Shown one piece after another: positions 1 through 10,439 of a DNA stretch of 64,000 nt. The notes below the pieces were generated by a model, which searched no databases, was not told where the DNA came from, and saw nothing but the letters and a program-made list of their open reading frames with translations. Position 1 is the stretch's first letter. Each line of letters starts with the position of its first letter. The DNA lies in contig DYGI01000001.1 in the NCBI GenBank assembly GCA_020724805.1, positions 303,157-367,156 on the forward strand, written 5' to 3'. The DNA comes from Candidatus Microgenomatus sp. Lineage in GTDB: Bacteria > Patescibacteriota > Minisyncoccia > UBA6257 > GWB1-50-10. The position numbers and the translations under genes are program-made.

Positions 1-84
1 AAGGAGAGGTATCACAAAGAAGCGCGCGCGCTTGCGGCGCGTGCGCGGGCCATGAAGCGCGAACGGCGCATCGCGGCCGTATAA
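1..84 (+). CDS. C-terminal fragment of an upstream gene (partial, unknown product)
   Basis: Frame-1 ORF runs in from the window edge to a TAA at 82-84 and is followed by a terminator hairpin. Confidence 0.25.
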   Translation, partial: KERYHKEARALAARARAMKRERRIAAV

Positions 85-93
85 CGCCGCACA

Positions 94-127
94 AAGGGGC
101 ATCTTCGGGTGCCCCTTGCTTTTTTCT
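94..127 (+). terminator. Rho-independent terminator
   Basis: Hairpin aaggggc-atcttcgggt-gcccctt followed by a T-run. Confidence 0.6.
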
Positions 128-264
128 CTGGGGTATGGTATGCTCCCGTTGTCTCGTAATATGAGCACTCCAAAGTAGTGCGCGGTCGAACGAGAGAAGT
201 AAGTTAAAAGATTGCTTGAAGCGCGCAGAATCTCTTAGGTTCGACCGCGTAGAAGGCAGAAGTA

Positions 265-579
265 ATGGCGAAACGACTTTATGTAGGGAACCTGCCCTAC
301 TCGACGAACGAGTCCGAACTCAAGGACATGTTCTCGGCGGCAGGGACCGTGTCGTCCGCCACCGTCATCACCGACAAGTTCTCGGGCCGTTCAAAGGGCT
401 TCGGGTTTGTCGAGATGTCGTCCGACGCTGAAGCTGATGCCGCCATTGAGAAATTCAATGGGCAGGACATCGGCGGTCGGAAGCTTACGGTCAACGAAGC
501 TCGCCCCCGCGAGGAAGGTGGTTCGCGCGGCGGCTTCGGTGGTGGCCGTGGGTTCGGTGGTGGATACGACCGGGGTTAA
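265..579 (+). CDS. RRM-type RNA-binding protein with glycine-rich tail
   Basis: RNP motifs LYVGNLPY and KGFGFVEM; C-terminal RGG/GGF repeats. Confidence 0.85.
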   Translation: MAKRLYVGNLPYSTNESELKDMFSAAGTVSSATVITDKFSGRSKGFGFVEMSSDAEADAAIEKFNGQDIGGRKLTVNEARPREEGGSRGGFGGGRGFGGGYDRG

Positions 580-595
580 TTTAACCTCTACCCAA

Positions 596-630
596 TCCGC
601 CCCTCTTTACGAGGGGCGGGTTTGTTTTTT
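596..630 (+). terminator. Rho-independent terminator
   Basis: ccgcccc/ggggcgg stem followed by tttgtttttt. Confidence 0.7.
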
Positions 631-658
631 GCACGGGTACGGCGGTACACTGTGAGCA

Positions 659-2350
659 ATGACACGTGACGTAGATCGCCTGAAGGAACGATTGGATGTT
701 GTGGATATAATCCGCGGCTATCTTACGCTTCAACCCGCGGGAAAGAATTTCAAAGCGCTCTGCCCGTTCCATCCCGAAAAAACACCCTCGTTCATCGTGT
801 CGCCGGACCGCAAGTCCTGGCACTGTTTCGGGTGTGGTGCGGGAGGTGACACCATTGCGTTCGTGATGCGTTACGAAAACATGGAGTTTCCGGAAGCGCT
901 CAAGTTCCTCGCGGACAAAGTGGGACTTACGCTCCAATCGTTGAACCCTGCGCACGAACGTGAATTCGGAGTGCTCTATACACTCCATGAAGAAGCGCGT
1001 GCATTCTATGAATATGCGCTTACCGAATCTACCGAGGCGAAAGAATATTTGAAATCACGTGGCCTGAAAGGGGAAACCGCAAAACTTTTCGGTCTCGGAT
1101 TCGCGCCGGGCGGGGAAACACTCACACTGCATCTGATCAAAAAAGGATTTGCGGTGGAGGATATTGTGCGCGCGGGGCTCGCGATGAAAGCCGGCGGACT
1201 TCACCGCGATCGCTTTGAAAACCGCGTGATGTTCCCGCTCATGAATTCAGTGGGGCGCGTGGTAGGGTTCACTGGCCGCATTCTCCCTTCGGGCGACCGA
1301 GAGGGGGTGGGGAAATATGTGAATAGTCCCGAAACCCCGATTTTCTCCAAATCCCGGGTACTCTACGGTCTTCATGCGACGAAACGTGATATTGCGACCG
1401 CGCGCGAGGTGGTGTTTGTGGAGGGCCAAATGGATCTCCTCATGAGCTATCAAGCGGACGTGAAAAATGTGGTCGCGGTTTCAGGAACCGCGCTCACCGC
1501 CCATCATTTGGAACGCTTACGGCGCATCGCGGATTCCGTCGTGCTTTCGTTCGATAACGATGAGGCGGGACTTCACGCCTTGGAGCGCGCGATGGACATG
1601 TTCCACGCGTTCGACTTTCACGTGAAAGCAATGGACCTCGGTGATGTGAAGGACCCCGCGGAGCTTGCGGTAAAAGACCCCGCGAAACTTCGCGAAGCGG
1701 TGAAATCCGCAGCGCCCGCGTTTCGCATGCTTTTCCGTCACTATTTTTCGGGGGACCACACGCGCGATACTGCGGGAATGAAGCGTATACTTCGCGCGCT
1801 CCTTGCAAAAGTGAAGCGACTCCCGAGCGCCGTAGAGCAGATGGCGACTGTGCGCGAACTTGCCGCAATTTCGCATGTTCCGGAAACCGCATTACTCGAA
1901 GAACTCGAGTCGCTCCCAATGGATGCGAAGCCGGAGCCTGTGGTGGCGGATTTGCCGCCGGAACGTGTTGCGGAAGGACGGCTCGAAATGGTGGCAAACC
2001 GTCTCGGGGTGGTCGGCTTTACGGATTCCCCGCTAATTGCTAAACTCAAGGAAATAAAAGAATGGCTTCCGGACCACGTATGCCGGGCCATTGAAGAACC
2101 GGCTTCCCAGTCGGCACAAGCGTTCGAAATGCAAGCATCTTTTATAGCCGCGCGTTTCCCAAAGGATGCGCTCGAACGTGAATTCGGTGAATTGGTTCGC
2201 CAGTTGAAGATTGCGGTCATCAAGCGACGTCAGGAAAGCGCGCGCCGCGATGTGCGGCTTGCGGAGACCCGCGGTGATGAAAAAGTACTTGAGGAGGCGA
2301 TGAAACAATTCCAGTCGCTCGCCTCCGAGCTCCACATACTCTCGGCATAA
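659..2350 (+). CDS. dnaG: DNA primase
   Basis: CHC2 zinc finger (CPFHPEKTPSF, HCFGCGAGGD) and Toprim region; sits in the classic dnaG-rpoD arrangement. Confidence 0.9.
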   Translation: MTRDVDRLKERLDVVDIIRGYLTLQPAGKNFKALCPFHPEKTPSFIVSPDRKSWHCFGCGAGGDTIAFVMRYENMEFPEALKFLADKVGLTLQSLNPAHEREFGVLYTLHEEARAFYEYALTESTEAKEYLKSRGLKGETAKLFGLGFAPGGETLTLHLIKKGFAVEDIVRAGLAMKAGGLHRDRFENRVMFPLMNSVGRVVGFTGRILPSGDREGVGKYVNSPETPIFSKSRVLYGLHATKRDIATAREVVFVEGQMDLLMSYQADVKNVVAVSGTALTAHHLERLRRIADSVVLSFDNDEAGLHALERAMDMFHAFDFHVKAMDLGDVKDPAELAVKDPAKLREAVKSAAPAFRMLFRHYFSGDHTRDTAGMKRILRALLAKVKRLPSAVEQMATVRELAAISHVPETALLEELESLPMDAKPEPVVADLPPERVAEGRLEMVANRLGVVGFTDSPLIAKLKEIKEWLPDHVCRAIEEPASQSAQAFEMQASFIAARFPKDALEREFGELVRQLKIAVIKRRQESARRDVRLAETRGDEKVLEEAMKQFQSLASELHILSA

Positions 2351-2356
2351 AAGCGC

Positions 2357-3583
2357 ATGAAGAAAAAAACATCGAAGAAAAAGAAAATAGCGAAGCGAAC
2401 GAAACCACGTCGCGTGAAGCGGGCGGGAGGAAAAAGGAAAAATGCCACGAAACGCGTACCCGCGAAAAAGAGCGCAAAAAAATCGAAAAGAATACCTCCC
2501 GAGGTGGTGAAGGAATATGAGGTGCACCTGAATGAACTCGTACGGCGTGGTCGTGGGCGCGGGTTTGTCACCGATGCGGAGGTTTTGAACTATTTCCCGA
2601 ACATCGAGCGCTATTTGGGTTTCCTGGAGCAGGTATATGACCGGCTCGATAAAGAAGGTATCAAAGTGCAGGAACCCACGGGGCTTGTGGGAAAGAAGGA
2701 CCGCGATGAAGTGAGTTTGGAAGAACTGCGACGTGCGACCGATGCTGAGGATACCCTTCCCGACGCGGTGCAGATGTACCTCAAAGAAATCGGAAAGACG
2801 CCCCTGCTTACCTCAAAAGAGGAAAAGGAATTAGCCAAGCGTATCGAGGCGGGTGACGAAACCGCGCGCCAAAAACTTATCCAAGCCAACCTCCGGCTCG
2901 TGGTTTCCATCGCGAAACGTTATGTGAATCGCTCGCCCCATCTTTCCATTCTTGACCTCGTGCAGGAGGGGAACATCGGGCTTTCCCGCGCGGTGGATAA
3001 ATTCGATTACCGGAAGGGTTTTAAATTTTCCACGTACGCGACGTGGTGGATACGCCAGGCGGTGACGCGCGCCTTAGCCGACTATTCGCGCACCATCCGT
3101 ATCCCGGTGCACATGGTGGAGACCATCACGAAGTATACGCAAACGAAGCGGCGTTTAATGCAGGAACTGGGCCGCGAACCGTTACCGGAGGAAATTGCGG
3201 CGGAACTTGGCGTTGACGTGGAAAAGGTCCATTACATTCAGAAGATCTCGCAAGAGGTTATCTCTCTCGAGACCCCCATCGGTGACGATGATGACGACTC
3301 GGTGCTTTCGGACTTTATCCCCGACGAGCGCGGGATGACGCCGGATCAACTCGCTTCGCATGCGCTGCTCCGCGACCAAATAAAAGAAATTCTCGCGGAT
3401 CTCACTGAGCGTGAACGGAAAATTCTCTCCATGCGTTTTGGACTTGAAGATAATATTCCACACACATTGGAAGAGGTGGGAAAGATATTCGGCGTCACGC
3501 GCGAACGTATCCGGCAGATTGAAGCGAAAGCGCTTGAAAAGATACGGAGCCATTCCAAGGTTAAAAAGCTGGAAGGATATTAA
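2357..3583 (+). CDS. rpoD: RNA polymerase sigma-70 factor
   Basis: Sigma regions 2-4 (YATWWIRQA, region 4 HTH); lysine-rich N-terminus. Confidence 0.9.
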   Translation: MKKKTSKKKKIAKRTKPRRVKRAGGKRKNATKRVPAKKSAKKSKRIPPEVVKEYEVHLNELVRRGRGRGFVTDAEVLNYFPNIERYLGFLEQVYDRLDKEGIKVQEPTGLVGKKDRDEVSLEELRRATDAEDTLPDAVQMYLKEIGKTPLLTSKEEKELAKRIEAGDETARQKLIQANLRLVVSIAKRYVNRSPHLSILDLVQEGNIGLSRAVDKFDYRKGFKFSTYATWWIRQAVTRALADYSRTIRIPVHMVETITKYTQTKRRLMQELGREPLPEEIAAELGVDVEKVHYIQKISQEVISLETPIGDDDDDSVLSDFIPDERGMTPDQLASHALLRDQIKEILADLTERERKILSMRFGLEDNIPHTLEEVGKIFGVTRERIRQIEAKALEKIRSHSKVKKLEGY

Positions 3584-5331
3584 TGACGGGGAGCGACATT
3601 CGAAAAAAATTCCTGGATTATTTCAAAGAGAACGGCCACACGGTGGTGCGTTCTTCATCGCTTGTGCCGGACGACCCTTCGGTGCTTTTGACCACTGCGG
3701 GGATGCAGCAGTTCAAGCGGTACTATACCGGGGAGCTTGATGCGATGAAGGATTTCGGCGCGAAGAGCACCGCATCGGTGCAGAAGAGTTTTCGCACTTC
3801 CGACATTGACGAAGTGGGAGATGAGTCGCACCTCACATTCTTTGAAATGCTCGGGAATTTCTCGTTTGGCGGCTATTTCAAGGAAGAGGCAATCAAGTAC
3901 GGATATGAGTTCATCACGAAGGTGATGGGTCTCCCGATAGATTATGTTTCGGTGTTTGATCCCGAGCAGGTACGCGAGGGAGATTGGCGCAAGGGGGTGC
4001 CGCGCGACGACGAATCGCGCGCCATTTGGGAGAAGATTGGTGTGAAGGATATTCGCGCGGAGGGCGTGGATGTCTTTTGGGGTCCTACCGGGAGCGAAGG
4101 CCCGTGTGGCCCTACCACCGAGATTTATGTGAAGAGTGCCGAGGGAAAGAGCTTGGAGGTGTGGAACATCGTGTTCAACGAATTCTATCGTGATCCGGCG
4201 ATGAAACTGACAAAGCTCAAAACGCCGGGAGTAGACACGGGGATGGGACTCGAGCGTCTCGCGATGGTATCGCAGCGGACGCCAACCATCTTCGAGACGG
4301 ATCTGTTTGCGCCGCTCATGAAGCTTTTACCGGGGAATCTTTCCGAGCGTACGCGGCGCATTCTCGCCGACCACGTGCGCGGCATCGCATTCCTTCTTTC
4401 CGATGGGGTACGCCCGTCGAACAAAGAAGCGGGATACGTGCTTCGGCGCTTGATGCGCCGCTTGGTGACCCACCTCCATTTGGCAGGGAACCCCGTGGAC
4501 CCCGCGCATCTTTTTGCCGAGGTGAACGAGCACTACGAAAAATTCTATCCGGAGCTCAATGCCGAGATAATATTGGAGGAATGGAATGCCGAGCGCGCAC
4601 GATTTGAAAAAACGCTTTCGGTGGGACTCCGTGAGCTTTCGAAGATCGATTCGCTGGATGCGAAGGGCGCGTTCATGCTTTTTGAAAGCTGCGGGCTCCC
4701 GTACGAGGTCCTGAAAGAATTGGGCGGTACAAAAGCGTCGAAACTTGCGCGCGAGGAGTTTGATAAAGAGTTCGAAAAGCATCAGGAAATATCTCGCGCC
4801 GGTGCGGTGAAGAAATTCGGTGGTCATGGACTGATTTTGGACACGGGCGAGTTGAAGGCGGGGAGTGAAGAAGAGCTCAAAAAAGTAACGCGGCTCCACA
4901 CCGCAACTCACCTTCTTCAGCGTGCGCTTCGCGAAGTGCTGGGGTCTGAGGTCTCACAGAGAGGGTCCGATATCACACCCGAGCGCACTCGTTTTGACTT
5001 TTCGTTCCCGCGGAAAGTGGAGAAAGAGGAATTGCGACAGGTGGAGGAGTTGGTGAACGAAAAAATAAAAGAGGACCTCCCCGTGCAATTCAAGGAGATG
5101 CCGAAGGAAGAAGCGGAAAAGACCGGCGCGCTCTATTTCTTCAAGGAAAAATACCCCGATCGCGTGAAGGTCTACTTCGTGGGGCGCTCTCTTGAGAACG
5201 CATGGAGCAAAGAATTCTGTGGGGGTCCGCACGTCACCCATACGGGTGAGATCGGACGTGTGAAGATAGCAAAAGAAGAGGCGGTTGGCGCCGGTGTTCG
5301 CCGCATTCGCGCGACACTTGAAGCGGCATAA
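3583..5331 (+). CDS. alaS: Alanyl-tRNA synthetase, short form lacking the C-terminal C-Ala domain
   Basis: N-terminus [14 protein letters not shown]...TAGMQQFK and editing-domain HTATHLLQ motif; only 582 aa against roughly 870 in the typical enzyme. Confidence 0.85.
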   Translation: MTGSDIRKKFLDYFKENGHTVVRSSSLVPDDPSVLLTTAGMQQFKRYYTGELDAMKDFGAKSTASVQKSFRTSDIDEVGDESHLTFFEMLGNFSFGGYFKEEAIKYGYEFITKVMGLPIDYVSVFDPEQVREGDWRKGVPRDDESRAIWEKIGVKDIRAEGVDVFWGPTGSEGPCGPTTEIYVKSAEGKSLEVWNIVFNEFYRDPAMKLTKLKTPGVDTGMGLERLAMVSQRTPTIFETDLFAPLMKLLPGNLSERTRRILADHVRGIAFLLSDGVRPSNKEAGYVLRRLMRRLVTHLHLAGNPVDPAHLFAEVNEHYEKFYPELNAEIILEEWNAERARFEKTLSVGLRELSKIDSLDAKGAFMLFESCGLPYEVLKELGGTKASKLAREEFDKEFEKHQEISRAGAVKKFGGHGLILDTGELKAGSEEELKKVTRLHTATHLLQRALREVLGSEVSQRGSDITPERTRFDFSFPRKVEKEELRQVEELVNEKIKEDLPVQFKEMPKEEAEKTGALYFFKEKYPDRVKVYFVGRSLENAWSKEFCGGPHVTHTGEIGRVKIAKEEAVGAGVRRIRATLEAA

Positions 5332-5338
5332 AGGTATA

Positions 5339-7234
5339 ATGAGAGCAATGGAAGACGCTCCGGAAAAGAACGTGGCGTACTTTGGCCGCGTTGACTTTCG
5401 AAATCAAAATAGACTTTTTGGCATCAAACGCGCCGATCGACGGCAGCATATGTACGTCATCGGAAAGACCGGGACGGGCAAAAGCGCGATGCTTCACAAC
5501 CTTATCATTCAGGACATCGCGAACGGTGAGGGTGTGTGTGTGGTGGACCCGCACGGCGAGCTCATTGAAAGCATTGTGCAGAAAATACCGAGAGAGCGGG
5601 TAAAAGACGTGGTGTATTTCAACCCGGCCGACAGCGAGCACCCGATGGGGTTCAACGTGCTTGAGCTCCCCGACCCGAAATACAAACACCTCGTAGCGTC
5701 GGGGCTCATGGGCATTTTCACGAAAATATGGGCGGGCACATGGTCCGCCCGTATGGAATACATCCTGAACAACGCGGTGTTGGCGCTTCTCGATACGCCG
5801 GGAAGCACGCTCCTCGGCATCAGCCGCATCCTTGTCGACAAGGAATATCGTCAGCAGATTCTTGCGAACGTGAAAGATCCGGTGGTTCGTTCGTTTTGGC
5901 TGAATGAATATGAGGAGTGGCGCGACCAGTTCAGGAACGAGGCCATCGCGCCTATTCAGAACAAGGTGGGCCAATTTCTCTCGACCGCAATGATACGCAA
6001 TGTCGTTGGGCAGCCGCAGAGCACCATCGACATTTTCAAAATAATGAACGAGGGGAAGATATTCCTCGTGAATGTGTCGAAGGGGCGCATTGGTGAGGAT
6101 AATTCGGCGCTCTTGGGCGCCATGCTCATTACGAAGATCCAGCTCGCGGCAATGGAACGGGTGCGCATTCCTGAGGATGAGCGCGTGGATTTCTATCTCT
6201 ATGTGGATGAATTTCAAAACTTTGCGACCGATTCGTTCGCGAGCATCCTTTCCGAAGCGCGAAAATATCGTTTGAACCTCATTTTGGCGCATCAATATAT
6301 CGGTCAACTCGTGACGGACGTTTCGACCAAAGTTCGCGACGCCGTATTCGGCAACGTGGGAACGATGGTGGTATTTCGCGTGGGGGCGGCGGACGCGGAA
6401 TTTTTGGAACAGGAATTCACGCCGGAACTTACGCAGGAGGACATAGTAAATCTTCCGAATTACACCATCTACATAAAACTTATGGTGGATGGAGTGACCT
6501 CTCGGCCGTTCTCGGCGCGCACGCTTCCTCCTTTTCGAGTTGAGTCGTCGGCACGCATGGAGGTAGAGGTGACAGAAGAGTCGCGTAAGCGTTATGCAAA
6601 ACCCCGCTATATTGTGGAGGATGAAATATCGCGGTGGGCGGGCGGCATTATGGGGGGAGGCACCTCGGTTTCCGGGAATGAGGGCCACGTAGCTTCGGCG
6701 CCAAGCGGAGAAGGAAAATTCGAGACCACGTGTTCTTCGTGCGGAAAGAACACCACCGTTCCCTTTAAACCGCTTCCGGGGAGGCCCGTGTATTGCCAGG
6801 ATTGTCTTAAAAAAATTAAGGCGGGCGAATTGGCGCCGGTACGGGTACCGCGCGCGCCTTCGGTGCGTGAAGAAGCGGGTCACATGAGCGATCTCGCGAA
6901 GCTTGGCATAGAATTTGGCGGGCGTAGCGGCATTCCGGTGCCACGCCCCTCTGCGGCGCCACGCGAAGAAAAACCGCGCGCACCCGCAAAGAAGGAACCG
7001 CGCGTGTCCGAAAAACCGGCTGGAGGAATGTTGAATCGGCGTGCTACCATACTCCGCGATGAGCGCGCGACGTCGACAATGGATACGGAAGAACAGAAGG
7101 AGCATGAACTTCGGTTGAGTGAGCTACAACCTTCGCTTCCCAAGGAAACAAAGAAGCCGTCGTGGGACGACGGCGAGCCGGACATCAAGGGTTTGCAAGA
7201 CGCCCTCCGCGACGCACTCGGCAAATTAAAGTAG
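5339..7234 (+). CDS. P-loop NTPase of the TraD/TrwB/VirD4 (coupling-protein-like) family with a C-terminal CxxC...CxxC zinc ribbon
   Basis: Walker A GKTGTGKS followed by DPHGE, Walker B VDEFQNF, C-terminal CSSCG...CQDC. The start is taken at ATG 5339 (preceded by aaagg) rather than the 5285 ATG that overlaps alaS. Confidence 0.5.
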   Translation: MRAMEDAPEKNVAYFGRVDFRNQNRLFGIKRADRRQHMYVIGKTGTGKSAMLHNLIIQDIANGEGVCVVDPHGELIESIVQKIPRERVKDVVYFNPADSEHPMGFNVLELPDPKYKHLVASGLMGIFTKIWAGTWSARMEYILNNAVLALLDTPGSTLLGISRILVDKEYRQQILANVKDPVVRSFWLNEYEEWRDQFRNEAIAPIQNKVGQFLSTAMIRNVVGQPQSTIDIFKIMNEGKIFLVNVSKGRIGEDNSALLGAMLITKIQLAAMERVRIPEDERVDFYLYVDEFQNFATDSFASILSEARKYRLNLILAHQYIGQLVTDVSTKVRDAVFGNVGTMVVFRVGAADAEFLEQEFTPELTQEDIVNLPNYTIYIKLMVDGVTSRPFSARTLPPFRVESSARMEVEVTEESRKRYAKPRYIVEDEISRWAGGIMGGGTSVSGNEGHVASAPSGEGKFETTCSSCGKNTTVPFKPLPGRPVYCQDCLKKIKAGELAPVRVPRAPSVREEAGHMSDLAKLGIEFGGRSGIPVPRPSAAPREEKPRAPAKKEPRVSEKPAGGMLNRRATILRDERATSTMDTEEQKEHELRLSELQPSLPKETKKPSWDDGEPDIKGLQDALRDALGKLK

Positions 7235-7278
7235 TAACAAAAAAATCGTCCTGAGTTTATCGAAGGGCGGTTTTTTCT

Positions 7279-7854
7279 TTATGCCTTTTCTACGCGCTCC
7301 ACATAATCCCCGGACTCCGTGTTGATGCGAACAACATCTCCTTCACCGATAAAAAGGGGAACGTTCACGGTAGCTCCCGTTTCAAGTGTTACCGTTTTGG
7401 TTCCACCAGTCGCGGTATCTCCTTTCACGGCCGGGGGCGCCTCAGTGACCTTGAGGTCCACTTTCGGGGGAAGTTCGATATTGATGACTTTCTCGCCGAA
7501 TTTATACGCTTTCACTTCGGTGTTGGCTTTTATCAAGTGTCCGGCATCACCCATAATATCGTCGGTAAGTTTGAAACGCGCGGAGGGTTTTCCCTTCTCA
7601 TGGAACCAATATTCTCCGTTCCGGTGATAAATGAAATTTACCGGCACCACATCGATTTCCACTTCTTCGAAACTCTCGTTCTGGTGTGCGGTGACAGGCA
7701 GTACCTTGCCCGAAATGAGGTTTTTTATCTTGAGCTGTGCCACCGGCTTGCGCTGTTGCATCCGGATGAACGCGTATTCCAGAACCTTGTAAGGGTCCGG
7801 GTCTCCCGCGCGCGTGAAAATGGTACCCACCTTGAGTTCGTTATAGGAAAGCAT
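7279..7854 (-). CDS. efp: Elongation factor P
   Basis: Typical EF-P sequence (KVLEYAFIRMQQRKPVAQLKIKNL); 191 aa. Confidence 0.9.
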   Translation of the reverse strand: MLSYNELKVGTIFTRAGDPDPYKVLEYAFIRMQQRKPVAQLKIKNLISGKVLPVTAHQNESFEEVEIDVVPVNFIYHRNGEYWFHEKGKPSARFKLTDDIMGDAGHLIKANTEVKAYKFGEKVINIELPPKVDLKVTEAPPAVKGDTATGGTKTVTLETGATVNVPLFIGEGDVVRINTESGDYVERVEKA

Positions 7855-7903
7855 TGCTCGTAGATTCTATTGAAGGAAATGCGTTTTTGCAAGTATTATT
7901 GCG

Positions 7904-8974
7904 ATGATGGTGCGCGCAAATAAAAAGGTATTTGTGGGGATGTCCGGCGGCGTCGATTCTTCCGTCGCGGCGTTGCGGTTGAAGAAAAAAGGATACGACG
8001 TCACGGGCGTTTTCATGCGTTGCTACAACATCGACGGATGCGCGGAGCGCGACGCCGAGGATGCGCGCCGCGTGGCGGAGCACATCGGAATTCCTTTCTA
8101 TGTATTTGATTTCGAGGAGGAATACAAAAAGCGCGTGGTGGCATATATGGTGGAAGGATATCGCGCGGGGCTCACGCCGAACCCGGACGTGATGTGCAAT
8201 CGCGAGATAAAGTTCGGTTTGTTTTTTAAGAAAGCGATGGCGCTTGGTGCGGACTATGTGGCTACCGGTCATTATGCGCGCGTGAAAAAGGTAGGAAGCG
8301 AATACACGCTTTTCGCGGGGAATGACCCGAACAAGGACCAGTCGTACTTTTTATGGACGCTTACACAAAAAGAGCTTGCGCGTACTCTTTTCCCGGTCGG
8401 TGATCTTTTGAAATCAGAGGTGCGTGCGATTGCGAAAAAGGCAGGGCTCCCGACCGCGGAGAAAAAGGATTCGCAGGGAATCTGTTTTTTGGGCGATGTG
8501 TCGCTCATGGATTTCCTCGCGAAATATCTCCCGCACGAACGCGGCGCGGTGTTCAATATTGAGGGAGAAAAGATAGGGGAGCATGAAGGCGCACATTTCT
8601 ACACCATTGGTCAGCGACACATTGGCGTGGCTGTTTCCACCAAAGGCGGCGCGACGAAGCGCCACTATGTGGTGAAAAAGGACGTGGCGACGAATATGGT
8701 GATAGTTGCGGAAGGCGCAGAACACCCTGCGCTCTATCGGGGAAAACTTGTGCTTACAGACATGAATTTCATTCGTCCGGTTGCGCTTTCAAAGCCGCTC
8801 ATGGTCTTTGCGCGTGTTCGCTATCGGCAGCCGCTTTCACCAGCGACGCTTTCGCGCGATGAAAAGCACTACACGCTTACATTCACCGAGCGACAGAAAT
8901 TTGTCGCCCCTGGCCAATCCGCGGTGTTTTACACGGAAAGAGGTGAAATGTTGGGTGGCGGAGTGATTGTATAA
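7904..8974 (+). CDS. mnmA: tRNA-specific 2-thiouridylase
   Basis: PP-loop SGGVDSS and conserved CNREIKF region. Confidence 0.9.
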   Translation: MMVRANKKVFVGMSGGVDSSVAALRLKKKGYDVTGVFMRCYNIDGCAERDAEDARRVAEHIGIPFYVFDFEEEYKKRVVAYMVEGYRAGLTPNPDVMCNREIKFGLFFKKAMALGADYVATGHYARVKKVGSEYTLFAGNDPNKDQSYFLWTLTQKELARTLFPVGDLLKSEVRAIAKKAGLPTAEKKDSQGICFLGDVSLMDFLAKYLPHERGAVFNIEGEKIGEHEGAHFYTIGQRHIGVAVSTKGGATKRHYVVKKDVATNMVIVAEGAEHPALYRGKLVLTDMNFIRPVALSKPLMVFARVRYRQPLSPATLSRDEKHYTLTFTERQKFVAPGQSAVFYTERGEMLGGGVIV

Positions 8975-10439
8975 TTGGGAAATGCGGGCACACGACGTGT
9001 TTTTCCTTGGAGCTCTTTTCTTTCTTCTTGGGGTGCTTGCGGCGAGCATGGGGTTATCGATGTGGCCGTGGGTACTGGGCGGAATCGCGATGGCGCTTCT
9101 CGCGCGATGGCGGCATGGGCGGGGGTGGAAATTTACTCGCTGGAACCAAAACGGGTGGCTCATGGTAGCCGCTCTTTTGTTTTTTATGCCGGTGGGAGCA
9201 TTTTATTATACGGTTGACGATGCGCGTTTTACTCGTGTACCGCTCCCCGAGGGAGAGAAAACGTTCAATGCAGAAGTGGTTTCACTTCCCATCACGCGCG
9301 AAGGCGTTCAAGAACTCATTTTCCAAATTGAAAACCCCAAACTTCGTGTACTTGCGAAGCTCCCACCTTATCCGGCGTTTTCTTATGGAGCGCGCGTGAT
9401 GTTTTCTGGATCGATTGAGAAACCGCTTTCAGATTCATACCGAGAATATCTTGCGAAGGAGCGGGTGCGTGGCATAGTCGCATATCCGAATATCGTGGCA
9501 CATGAAGTGGGGACATTTTCGCTCCGTGGTGTGCTCTATGCGCTTCGCGAGGAAATCGTGGGCGCATTTCGCAATACGCTTCCCGCGAAAGAAGCGGCGC
9601 TCATGGCGGGCATTGCGGTTGGAGCGCGAGAAGATTTTTCGGAAGAATTTCGCAACGCGATGGCGGAGAGCGGTACCACCCATCTCGTCGCACTTTCGGG
9701 CTACAACATAATGGTGGTTGTTACGGTTGCCATGACGCTTTTTCTTACTTTCTTTTCGCGCCGCCTCGCGTTTTTTGCGACTTTAGGGGTAGTGTGCGCG
9801 TTCGTTCTTATGACCGGCGCGGAAGCTTCCGTGGTAAGAGCGGCGGTGATGGGAGGAGTGGCGCTCCTCGCGCGCTTTATGGGACAGCGCATGGACGTGC
9901 GGAACGCGATACTTTTCGCGGCGCTTATCATGGTGTTTGTGAACCCTAAAGTGCTTGTATTTGACTTAGGTTTCCAACTTTCCTTCCTTGCGCTTATCGG
10001 CATCGTATACCTAAAACCAGCATTTGATCGGATTCTTGGGTGGGAAAATAAAAGCGAAATTTTCTCGTGGCGCGAGAATCTCACCACGACCGCCGCGGCC
10101 CAATGTGCGGTTGCCCCACTCCTGATTCACACATTTGGGAGTGTGAGCATTTCTTCGCTTGCGGCCAATGTGCTGATTTTGGAGGTTGTTCCGCTTACCA
10201 TGGGACTTGGATTTATACTCGCGGCGCTTTCGTTCGTTTCAATATTTCTCGCACAGATAGTCGCGTTTTTTGCATTTATCTTCCTTAAATTTCAAACGTT
10301 CATGATAGAACTATTCGCGGCGCTTGCGTTTCCTATTGGCGCCGCGCTCTCTGCGCTCGCCGTGACGTGTTATTACGGCGTACTTGTGTTGGTGATATAT
10401 CTCGCCAAACAAAGAACAAATACACCACGGTATGCGTAA
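8967..10439 (+). CDS. comEC: ComEC/Rec2 competence protein, membrane channel part (DUF4131 plus competence domain)
   Basis: Polytopic membrane protein with ComEC-like topology and motifs; overlaps the next ORF by 8 nt. Confidence 0.7.
   Translation: MYNWEMRAHDVFFLGALFFLLGVLAASMGLSMWPWVLGGIAMALLARWRHGRGWKFTRWNQNGWLMVAALLFFMPVGAFYYTVDDARFTRVPLPEGEKTFNAEVVSLPITREGVQELIFQIENPKLRVLAKLPPYPAFSYGARVMFSGSIEKPLSDSYREYLAKERVRGIVAYPNIVAHEVGTFSLRGVLYALREEIVGAFRNTLPAKEAALMAGIAVGAREDFSEEFRNAMAESGTTHLVALSGYNIMVVVTVAMTLFLTFFSRRLAFFATLGVVCAFVLMTGAEASVVRAAVMGGVALLARFMGQRMDVRNAILFAALIMVFVNPKVLVFDLGFQLSFLALIGIVYLKPAFDRILGWENKSEIFSWRENLTTTAAAQCAVAPLLIHTFGSVSISSLAANVLILEVVPLTMGLGFILAALSFVSIFLAQIVAFFAFIFLKFQTFMIELFAALAFPIGAALSALAVTCYYGVLVLVIYLAKQRTNTPRYA

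Noticed and set aside
5234-7105. 623-aa minus-strand ORF antisense to the TraD-like ATPase gene; similar long antisense ORFs at 15717..16799, 19488..20552, 24324..25607, 42877..43971, 45774..47186 and 47785..48798
   Set aside because: Each lies opposite a gene with strong conserved-family evidence (fusA, tuf, rpsC/rplP, dinB, the anti-sigma protein, the HTH protein). Their translations are low-complexity and Arg/His-rich, as expected from stop-poor antisense frames in high-GC DNA.
7235-7278. Possible bidirectional terminator between the ATPase gene and efp
   Set aside because: It is A-run/T-run flanked, but I could not find a convincing complementary stem.
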